In this document: in pieces, positions 1 through 10,800 of the stretch | How positions within the stretch are numbered: position 1 is the first letter of the stretch | Layout: every line of letters begins with the position of its first letter | Assembly (NCBI GenBank): GCA_964187785.1 | Contig: OZ076411.1 | Coordinates: 35,154,001-35,218,000, forward strand | DNA length: 64,000 nt | Source: Amphiscolops sp. MND2022 | Lineage: Eukaryota | Direction: 5' to 3' | Program-made: the position numbers and the translations under genes | The notes under the pieces: generated by a model | Seen by the model: only the letters and a program-made list of their open reading frames with translations | Database searches by the model: none | Told to the model about the DNA's origin: nothing

Positions 1-3000
1 TAGTGTACTTCCATAGGGGATAAGTTCTGTCGGTTTGAAAAATTGGTGATTTTATGTCCAGCATTTTGGTTTTTTTTATTTTTCTAATTCTCAAAATGAC
101 TCACTTTAGTGTAATTCCATAGAAGATAAGTTCGGTCGTTTCTAAAAATTGTTGAATATTTCCAGCGTATTAACTTTTCAATTGTCTTTAACTCTCAAAA
201 TGGCTTACTTTAGCGTACTTCCATAGGCGATAAATTCTCTCGGTTTGAAAAATTGTTGAATATTTGCAGCATTTTAACTTTTCAAATGTCTTTAACTCTC
301 AAAATGGCTTACTTCAGTAAACATCCATAGGGGATAAGTTCTGTCGGTTTGAAAAATTGTTGATTAGGTCCAGCATTTTAGTTTTTTATTTGTCTTTAAC
401 TCAAAATGGCTTACTTTAGTGTACTTCTATATGGTATAAGTTCTGTCGGTTTGAAAAATTGTTGATTATGTCAAGCATTTTAGGTTTTTATTTGTCTTAA
501 CTCAAAATGACTCACTTAAGTGTAATTCCATAGGTGATAAGTCCTCTCGGTTTGAAAAATTGTTGATTATTTCCAGCATTTTAATCTTTCAAATGTCTTT
601 AACTCTCAAAATGGCTTACTTTAGTGTTATTCCATAGGGGATAAATTCTCTCGGTTTGAAAAATTGTTGGTTATTTCTAGCATTTTAACTTTTCAAAAGT
701 CTTTAACTCTCAAAATGGCTTACTTCAGTATACTTCCATAGGGGATAAGTTCTGTCGGTTCGAAAAATTGTTGATTATGTCAAGCATTTTAGCTTTTTAT
801 TTGTCTTAACTCAAAATGGCTTACTTTAGTGTACTTCCATAGGGGATAAGTTCTCTCGGTTTGAAAAATTGTTGATTATTTTCAGCATTTTAACTTTTCA
901 AATGTCTTTAACTCTCAAAATGGCTCATTTTAGTGTTCTTCCATAGGGGATGAGTTCTGTCGGTTTGAAAAATTGTTGATTATGTCTAGCAATTTAACTT
1001 TTCAAATGTCTTTTACTCTCAAAATGGTTTACTTCAGTATACTTCCATAGTGGATAAGTCCTCTCGGTTTGAAAAATTGTTGATTATTTCCAGCATTTTA
1101 ACTTTTCAAATGTCTTTAACTCTCAAAATGGCTTATTTTAGTGTACTTCCATGGGGCATAAGTTCTGTCGGTTTGAAAAATTGTTGATTATGTCCAGCAA
1201 TTTAACTTTTCAAATGTCTTTAACTCTCAAAGTGGCTTACTTCAGTATACTTCCATAGGGGATAAGTTCTGTCGGTTTCAAAAATTGTTGATTAGCTCCA
1301 GCATTTTAGTTTTTTGGTTTTAACTCTCAAAATGGCTTACTTTAGTGTACTTCCATAGGGGATAAGTTCTCTCGGTTTGAAAAATTGTTGATTTTTTCCA
1401 GCATTTTAACTTTTCAAATGTCTTGTACTCTCAAAGTGGCTTACTTTAGTGTACTTCCATAGGGGATAAGTTCTCTCGGTTTGAAAAATTGTTGATTATT
1501 TCCAGCATTTTAACTTTTCAAATGTCTTTAACTCTCAAAATGGCTTATTTTAGTGTACTTCCATGGGGCATAAGTTCTGTCGGTTTGAAAAATTGTTGAT
1601 TATGTCCAGCAATTTAACTTTTCAAATGTCTTTAACTCTCAAAATGGCTTACTTCAGTATACTTCCATAGGGGATAAGTTCTGTCGGTTTCAAAAATTGT
1701 TGATTAGCTCCAGCATTTTAGTTTTTTGGTTTTAACTCTCAAAATGGCTCACTTTAGTGTACTTCCATAGGGGATAAGTTCTCTCGGTTTGAAAAATTGT
1801 TGATTTTTTCCAGCATTTTAACTTTTCAAATGTCTTTAACTCTCAAAATGGCTCATTTTAGTGTTCTTCCATAGGGGATGAGTTCTGTCGGTTTGAAAAA
1901 TTGTTGATTATGTCTAGCAATTTAACTTTTCAAATGTCTTTTACTCTCAAAATGGTTTACTTCAGTATACTTCCATAGTGGATAAGTCCTCTCGGTTTGA
2001 AAAATTGTTGATTATTTCCAGCATTTTAACTTTTCAAATGTCTTTAACTCTCAAAATGGCTTATTTTAGTATACTTACATAGGGGAAAAGTTCTGTCGGT
2101 TTGAAAAATTGTTGATTATGTCCAGCAATTTAACTTTTCAAATGTCTTGTACTCTCAAAGTGGCTTACTTTAGTGTACTTCCATAGGGGATAAGTTCTCT
2201 CGGTTTGAAAAATTGTTGATTATTTCCAGCATTTTAACTTTTCAAATGTCTTTAACTCTCAAAATGGCTTATTTTAGTGTACTTCCATGGGGCATAAGTT
2301 CTGTCGGTTTGAAAAATAGTTGATTATGTCCAGCAATTTAACTTTTCAAATGTCTTTAACTCTCAAAATGGCTTACTTCAGTATACTTCCATAGGGGATA
2401 AGTTCTGTCGGTTTCAAAAATTGTTGATTAGCTCCAGCATTTTAGTTTTTTGGTTTTAACTCTCAAAATGGCTTACTTTAGTGTACTTCCATAGGGGATA
2501 AGTTCTCTCGGTTTGAAAAATTGTTGATTTTTTCCAGCATTTTAACTTTTCAAATGTCTTGTACTCTCAAAGTGGCTTACTTTAGTGTACTTCCATAGGG
2601 GATAAGTTCTCTCGGTTTGAAAAATTGTTGATTATTTCCAGCATTTTAACTTTTCAAATGTCTTTAACTCTCAAAATGGCTTATTTTAGTGTACTTCCAT
2701 GGGGCATAAGTTCTGTCGGTTTGAAAAATTGTTGATTATGTCCAGCAATTTAACTTTTCAAATGTCTTTAACTCTCAAAATGGCTTACTTCAGTATACTT
2801 CCATAGGGGATAAGTTCTGTCGGTTTCAAAAATTGTTGATTTTTTCCAGCATTTTAACTTTTCAAATGTCTTTAACTCAAAATGGCTTACTTCAGTATAC
2901 TTCCATAGGGGATAAGCTCTGTCGGTTTGAAAAATTGTTGATTATGTCCATCATTTTGGTTTTTTGTTTTCAACTCTCAAAATGACTCACTTTAGTGTAC

Positions 3001-3270
3001 TTCCATAGGTGATAAATTCTGCCGTTTCTAAAAATTGTTGATTATTTCCAGCATTTCAACTTTTCAATTGTCTTTAACTCTCAAAATGGCTTACTTTAGT
3101 GTACTTCCATAGGGGATAAGTTCTGTCGGTTTGAAAAGTAATTGATTATGTCCAGCATTTTAGTTTTTATTTGTTTTCAACTCAAAATGGCTTACTTTAG
3201 TGTACTTCCATGGGGGATAAGTTCTGAAAAATTGGTGATTATATCCAGCATTTTAGTTTTTTAAATGTCT
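1..3270. repeat. Tandem satellite, about 104-bp monomer (100-104 bp variants), about 31 copies, running off the left edge
   Basis: Monomer CCATAGGGGATAAGTTCTCTCGGTTTGAAAAATTGTTGATTATTTCCAGCATTTTAACTTTTCAAATGTCTTTAACTCTCAAAATGGCTTATTTTAGTGTACTT. The CCAT anchor recurs at 1457, 1561, 1665, 1765, 1869 and 1973. The array decays after about 3270. Confidence 0.97.
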
Positions 3271-3603
3271 AACTCTCCAAAGGTATTCGTTTCGAGTAAT
3301 TTTTTAAGGGACCTACTATGTTCGATTGAAAAAATAATCGCTTCTTTGCGGCATTTTGGTGAATAGTTTGTCTTTGTCTTATAAAATGGTTTTGTTTAGT
3401 ATTTTTCAGTTTTTATTGATTATTCTTTCGGCTCCTTGTGCAAATTTTGTCTTCCTCTGATTTGCTATTTGGTAATTTCACTACTCCCTTGATGTAGACA
3501 CAATGTACTGGGTAAGACGGGCCTAACCCATCCTGCACAGTACGAGTGTCTACTGGGTTCTTAGTATTGGTTGACCTCTCTTGAAGCAGGTAGACCGTTA
3601 CAG

Positions 3604-4775
3604 CAGGGTGACCACTTTGTCAGAAATTTCTGACCAGTCAGAAATGGTCAGAAATGGTCAGAAATCGAACCTAGGTCAGAAAACGTTTCTGACCAACGAA
3701 GAATAGCTAACTATTTATTATGATATTTATTAGGAGTTTTCTAACATTAAAGTTATGTTTAATTAAAAATATTTTTTTTCAGATTCATGGGGATCTGTAA
3801 GTTCCAAGATATTTGGAAGACTTTATTTAGCTGGGTATTACCCGTTCCTGAAAATGCACATAAGGCCAAATGCAAGTATTGCCCTGGAAAATTAATTGAC
3901 ATAAAATGTGGCAGTCAAGCACTGAAGCGTCACGAAGCTTGCAGTATTCATATGAAAGCGGTAACTACTGTAGCTGGTTCAAATTTTGTGGCCCAAATGC
4001 AGGCAGGTACCTCTGTGGAAGAAGGAAAACTCAAAGTTGTTTTACTTCATTGCCTCAAACTTGTTCTAGACGGGCATTCTCTACGGTCTAGCGATTGTTG
4101 TTCCCGTTCAAGAAACTTTTATTCAAAGTTGTTCCCTATTCCAAATACGCGGATATTAACTGCGGTCGTACCAAAGCTGTTGTTCAGTGCTCTGTCCGCA
4201 TAATATGATGGTAGAGTCAGGTTTCAGTAAAATGAAGTTCTTCGAAGATAATTATCAAGCCAACTTCAGTGTTGATATGTACAACAGCTTCCGACTTGTG
4301 GCGGATAATTTTTCCCGGGATGCTTTCGAAGATTTCAAGCCGACGGAATCACTTCTAAAATTGGCCAAATCAGCATCAAAAATTTACAAAGATGAACAGA
4401 GCAGTCTTCAAGAAGTCGAAAAAAGTGATAATTAAAATATGTCGAAGTTCTGGTTTTTAAGCGGAAAGCAGATAAAGCGTTGGACAGAGAGCTCCAAGAA
4501 GCAGGAAAAGAACTCGCCGAAGCAGAGATTGCATTTGTTCAAGCTAAAACTGGAAGCGATGAAAAGTGGTGTAATTGCCCGACGAGACAATGTATCTGAT
4601 GAAATAATTTCTTCTATGTTCAGTTGAGTTTCATTTTTCATCCATATATGTTTTCATTCAGAATGATGGGACGATGCGGGACGATAATTTTTGAATTCAT
4701 ATTGTTCTTTTTCAGATCAGAAATTGTAGATTTTTGGTAGGTCAGAAATTTGAATTGATCGAAGTGGTCACCCTG
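3604..4775 (+). mobile_element. Internally deleted (non-autonomous) hAT DNA transposon, 1172 bp
   Basis: Perfect 14-bp TIRs CAGGGTGACCACTT (3604-3617) and AAGTGGTCACCCTG (4762-4775). The 8-bp flanks CGTTACAG (3596-3603) and CGTTACAA (4776-4783) match at 7/8. An 8-bp TSD and CAG termini are typical of hAT elements. Confidence 0.88.
3787..4435 (+). pseudogene. hAT transposase remnant: N-terminal zinc finger joined to the C-terminal dimerisation region, catalytic core missing
   Basis: ORF 3787 has W..LFSW..P...AKCKYC...I..GSQALKRH...IH (BED/TTF-like finger). ORF 4187 has N.MVESGFSKMK...R.V.D..., resembling the hAT C-terminal 'ERxFS' region. Only about 215 codons in total. Confidence 0.7.
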
Positions 4776-5945
4776 CGTTACAACTCTACTCTTCAAGAAT
4801 CGGGTTGAGGTTAACCCTAGACTCCAGTAGACACTCAAAATCTCTTGCACAAGTACTGATTCGATTCGATTCCAATCTTCACTTTTCTTCCCTCATCGTT
4901 TTAAATACCTCTACACTGACTATATGGCGGTATCACATGTAAATTGTACAATTTCTCTACGTGGTATGGAAATACTGCAATATTGGTTTAATCAATTGTT
5001 CTTGAAATTAACTAGCTTGCTCCGTCATTATTTTTTACTTTTGCTGACTTCTCTTTTGTCTTGGAAATAGTTTTTCTGGCTATCGTTTTTTTTGCTTCTG
5101 AAAGGGTATAAAAGCAGAAATAATCGTGTGCCCCGGAGGGGCCTATTTTCATAAAATTTTGCACAGTCATTCAACACCCATAAGTGCTCCTACGTGCGCA
5201 ATGACATCAAAATTGTATGAGTGGAATCTGAGAAACGTAGCCAAAATTTGTCAAATAGTGACCAAAGAACTCATGTTTTTCAATATTTCAATTCGTTTCC
5301 GACTCCTTTACCGCACATGCCGCTCTGGTTCAAAGCAGAGTGTTAATCGTTTCACGTTCTTCATTGCTGAGACCATATATTGACGGATTCTTCCCTGTTT
5401 AAATAAGCCGTTTTTAGTCAGCGCTTTTGTAGGAAACGCAGACTAGTGGCTTTTCGTTTTTAAAGACCAGCGAACGGACAGATTTCTGGAAATATTTCTT
5501 TGAGACTTCGCTTTTTTGAGTCTTGAGCGAGGCGCCGACTTGTTCCAGCTTGTTTTCTGTCTAATGATGATGTGTTCATAAAGAGCTTTTCTTGATATCA
5601 TCACTACCTTCCCGTGTTGCAGTAGTCTGTCTGACACGTTTGTTCATCACTGGTTTGTGCTCGCGGTTCGCTCAGCGCTTCAGTGCTTCTATTTTCCTTA
5701 ATTTTTCCAGAAAATTTTTGTCAATTGTTACTTGGTCAATCCTCTCTCACCTCTTCCGACTCCTGTTTTCAAAAACTTTTAAAGAGCTATATGGTTGTTC
5801 GATGAGATTTTCTGATTTCAGTTTCCGCGTTTTCCGGAAGTTTTTCACGCACTTGGAAATTGTTAACTCACGTCTGCGTTTGACAGTTTTTGAAATTAAA
5901 TACCCATATATGAAAAGATTTTTGAAGCTTCTCTGCATTTTACAG

Positions 5946-7415
5946 GTTTGTTGAGCTTCATCCAAGACCGCGTTGACAACTGGCTGAAGAGTGGGAAATA
6001 TTCAAAAGCTGATTTGTGTTTCTCTTTACAAGAAACAGTTTTTGCCATGTTGGTAGAAGTCACTGGTTAGTCTATGTTGCAATCCTTGAATTTTAGAATA
6101 TTAGAATATGTATGCTGTTTGAATTGTATAGAAAACTGAACTTCGGTTGACTCAAAACACCAAAGCTAACCATCTCAATGCCTGAATCTTCAAATTATTA
6201 TTCGTATTTGCAAAGATCAGGGGCAAAGTGAATGAAGATTGAAAACGTAGTAACACCGTTAAAATCCATGAACCAATTTAATTTTTATATTGAATGAATA
6301 TACAATTAATTTATATAATACTGTAGAGAGGGCCATGGCTCATTGCGGAACAGACGATGTGTTGATAGTTGGTGGTGTCGGCTGTAACGTCCGGTTACAA
6401 AACATGATGGGTGCCATGGCACAGGATCGGAACGCTAAAATGTATGCCATTGATGAGCGATATTGGTTAGTTCCAGCTTTTTGAAAGATATTGAATAGCT
6501 TTTTAAATTGACGAAACAATCACTCGTGTGTTCTATTATATTTTCCTTTGGAGCTAAGTTTGCAAAAGCTTAGAAAAAGCTTCAAATTACAGCTGGTTTC
6601 AACGTTTTCCGTTGTAAGTATTCAATTTACTACTAAAATACATCAGAACCTCGTGTTTCATTATTTTTCTTGAGACTCTCATCGTAAAGCTTGCAAAAGC
6701 TGCAAAGCGAAATGTGCATTGAATTATGAAAGTTTCGTTCACGCGTTTCTAAAATATGTTCACTTAAGTGAGTGCCATATTTGTTCTTTTGAGACCATAT
6801 TGAACCATATTGAACTGCATCGCGATTTTCGATTTTATGGTCAAACACTCTTGCTTGTTGAGCTGTAAAAATCAGTTGTGATTGGCAAAATAAGCTATTA
6901 TAAATTGCGTAAGCTCTAAATATATCCGTTTTTTCACCATGATTGTTTTATTACAAAGCCGTTTTGAAAAATACCCAGAGTTGCTTCTGGTTTCTATATT
7001 TATATAGCTCAAAAGTTCTGCAATCGTATTTTCATTTATCGTTCACTGGTTACTTCATGATTGGGCAATCTCTTCCTGGTGATGTGGTGAAGACAAAATT
7101 TACTTCCAAACAAAAATGCTGGAGAATTTTGGTCATTAGCGTCTACAGAAACCAATAGATTGTATCTGAAGCATTTGGGGGTTTTCCAGCCTTCCCCTGG
7201 AATACCTGTCATATCGTACTTAGGTAGATTAATTGATTTAAAACTGAAGTTTTCTAGATATCATGGGCTCTCCTCGTTTCAGCATTGACAACGGTGCTAT
7301 GATAGCCCAAGCAGGAGCTGTCATGTTTGAAAAAGGAGTAACGACGCCTTTGGATAAAACATGGTGCACCCAGCGATACCGCACTGATGCAGTTCACGTC
7401 AATTGGATTGAATGA
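5946..7415 (+). CDS. OSGEP: tRNA N6-adenosine threonylcarbamoyltransferase (Kae1/OSGEP), last three exons: 5946-6065, 6327-6465, 7283-7415; 5' exons not in window
   Basis: Spliced translation [25 protein letters not shown]|[34 protein letters not shown]|[27 protein letters not shown] matches the C-terminal 130 aa of eukaryotic OSGEP. GT-AG introns are phase-consistent. Confidence 0.95.
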
Positions 7416-7835
7416 GGAAAACGAGTTTATGGAAACATCGGTGAAATTCTTCAAAATTTCGCAATTCGTGAGTTGCCGATAACGTGATGAAATGGAATCA
7501 CTTCGAGGTCTGGTAAATTGAGTCGCTGACAGAATGAAGGGAGGAAACTATATCATCAACTTTCCTAGATATTTATTTGATTGATAACTTTGTTTTACCA
7601 TATCACTGATATTACTTGGCCATGCTATAGTATTTTCTGTTTGACTTGAGTCATCATTTTCAGCTCTCATGTGTTTCTGAAATCATGACTCGTAACTAGT
7701 TTCAGATAAATATGATTTGCACAAAGTTGTCACTACTCTCCAGCTGAGTTTATTCGATACATAGATGATGTAATAGTTATTGAGAGTGACTGCAATTGAC
7801 TGTCAGATTAATGATTGCGGATCAGAGCTGCTATC

Positions 7836-10800
7836 ATGAAACTTGAAGTGCCTCCGGTGATGGACTATCATGACTCTTCCCGTACCACGTCCCTGGTTGA
7901 CCAAGATACCTTCTCATCAATTGGCAAGAAGAGTTCAGATCTTTTGTTTGAAACCCGTGACGCTTTAATCAGAATCACAGGACCTGTCAGAGGTGTGTCA
8001 GATTTGGTCAGACCGCCATCATCTAATGGCTTTTTCTCATCTCAGCATTTTCGGGACAACATTTTCGACGACGAAGATGGCAATACTGTTAGTGATTTTG
8101 CGACCGAAGATATGTCCATCATGGATGATACGTCTTCTGGGCACAAAGGCGATGCCTCAGAAAACTCAGGTAAGAGAGGCTAGCTTTTTTCATTAGTCGA
8201 TCAAAGCAAATTTTTGTCAAAAATCGTTTTGATATTCTAGATAATACAGTGGCGCGAACGTTTTTCATTGTCTGTGTTTCGCCAAATTGTTGAAACGTAA
8301 ATTCGCTGTTGTGTATTTTTTGTTTGCTGCACTTGGCGTTACTTGACGGTCAAAGGGTTCTTTTCATGTTTCGAAAATAAGTTTTACAAAGTAAAAAACC
8401 TTTATTTCGGGAAATCACTTTGTAAACACTTTCATTTTCCTTTTGATCTCGTAGGCATGCTACGTCGGTTCTCCTCCAGCATCTCAGAGATTGCGTCATC
8501 AATCATATCAAGCAGAAATAACAACGATGGTGCTGCTAGTCAACAGAGTTCATCACCGACGGGTGAAATCAGTGCTACTCCTCGGAATGAGCCAGGTGCC
8601 TTGAGTCATGCTATGATCAGTGCCTCCAAACCCATTTCCAACTCACAGTCAGACACCACTGGCTTCAATAAAAGCACATCATTTGATCGGCAGGAAACAG
8701 TTACTCCAGGCAGACAAAATCCCTTCTCCCGTGATATCAATTTCCTTCACGATTTTTACAACGAAGGAGTACTACTTTCATCATCTCAGCCAACACAGTT
8801 TTACTCAGGTAAGGCTGACTTATTATGAATGATGTTTTAGGTTGCTACTTTTTTGAATGAGCCTTTTTCTTTACAATGGGCTGTTTAAATTCGACATCAA
8901 CAAGTTTTGAGGATACTTCGACTAATTTCATTATTCTCTACAAGACTCTAAACTTGAGAGAAGTATCTATTTTCAAGAAGTATATTGCTGGTTTTTTCGT
9001 ACAAAGATTTTCTACTGACTGGCCGTTTCGGATATGCTGATTTCGGTGTCAGGACATTTCGTCCTATGCAATTTCAACCTATGCAATTTCAACCGCTGCC
9101 AATTCAACCGTTCACAATTTCAACCGCTTGCAATTTCAACCGTTCACACTTTCAACCTTTTGCAATTTCAACCTACGGCAATTTCAACCTATCACATTTC
9201 CGCCTAATTGCTCTCAAGCCGTGCTAATTATGAAAGCTTATATGGTAATTAGTAAAGCTATTATAAGAGTCCAGCAACTAACAATAATCTTTCACACTAT
9301 GAAATGTGATAATTACTTGCAACGTTTTAGTAGTATAAATAGCGAAGTCAGCTGTATTGTAGCCAGTCCACACAACAAGCTCAATAATTTGGAATCTTAA
9401 AACTCAAAATGTTAATTCAAATCATAAAATCAAATAGAGGGGGCAATATTGCAGTACACAACGGTTACTGTTACAATCAAAAACAAGTCACTTCAAGTTG
9501 CATTCATTGGAGATGCACGAAATACTATTCAATTAAATGCCCTGCCGTTTTGAAGACAAACCAGAACGTGGTCATTAGTTTGAAAGACAGTCACACTCAT
9601 GAAAGCGACCCTTCCGAGTGTAAAGCGAAAGAAGTTGTTAACCAAATTAAACAGAAGTCCGAGTCATTGACACCAACGGTGGCCATCGCAAGTGAAATAT
9701 CGGTTATCTCCGACGATTATGCAGTCCAGCTTTCCTTGCCGAAAAAAGAAAATTTAATCAGAACAGCTTGCCGCAAGCGACAAAGAGAAAATAGAATTGA
9801 CGCCCCAACCCCGATTGATCGCCATTTTGGCATTCCTGGAGAATTCAAAACCTTTCTTCTGAAAGACAGCGGAAAAGACGACAGTGAACGAATTTTAATG
9901 TTTGGCGATACAACAATGAAAAATTTGCTTATTTTTTCGAAAACATGGCTGATTGATGGAACTTTCAAATTATCCCCGGACAATTTTTACCAAATATACA
10001 CAATCCACATTGAGTTAAAAGGTTTTGCACCACCTTGTGTCTATTTGCTACTACCAAACAAAACAGAAAAAACATATTCCCGAATGCTTGAATTGCTCTG
10101 CGAAGAAACGAACGCCAAACCAGATCGCATCCTTGCGGATTTTGAAAAAGCAGCATTGAACGCATTCAGCAAAAAATTTCCCGATGCGAACATTTCATGT
10201 TGCTACTTTCACTTGACACAATCGTTTAACCGTAAAATAAACGAAATTGGTCTGAAAGTTTTTTACGAAAACTGCCCGGATTTCAATTTGGCACTTAGAA
10301 TGCTTCCTGCGCTTGCCCATGTCCCGCCCTGTCATGTAAAAGCATCTTTTGAATTGGTAGTAGAAGAAATTGCTGAAGTCATTGATAAGGAGACGTTTGA
10401 TGACAGCATCAGCGAAAAGTGGACGAACTTGCACTCTATTTTAAAAACACTTATATAGAGGGCCCCACAGTCACGAAAAAGGCACCGTTCCCAATAGAAT
10501 TATGGAACCAGTTCGAGGCCGCTGGCGAAGGAGTGGCAAGAACAACTAACAGCGTAGAAGGCTGGCATTATGGACTTCAAGCATATTTCATGAAAAAATG
10601 AAGCCCCCGTTATGAAAAAATCAAAAAACAGATGCAAGTCATTCAAAGTGGCTACAATTTCGAAAACGTCTTGCCTCATTTGAGAGCAGTCGCCAGCTTT
10701 AGATGAAAATAATGAACTATTCTGCTGCATTGATTTGTTGCTTCTTTTTATGATGTGATTCATTTTTGTGAGTGTGTATTTGAAAATCGCGTTTTGCTCA

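Noticed and set aside
1-3270. Regular repeat array as a possible CRISPR
   Set aside because: No unique spacers; whole monomers repeat; eukaryotic context with no cas genes.
8985-9400. ORFs with repeated MQFQP/FQP (also 11360-11563)
   Set aside because: Translations of the tandem TIR units of the Mutator element.
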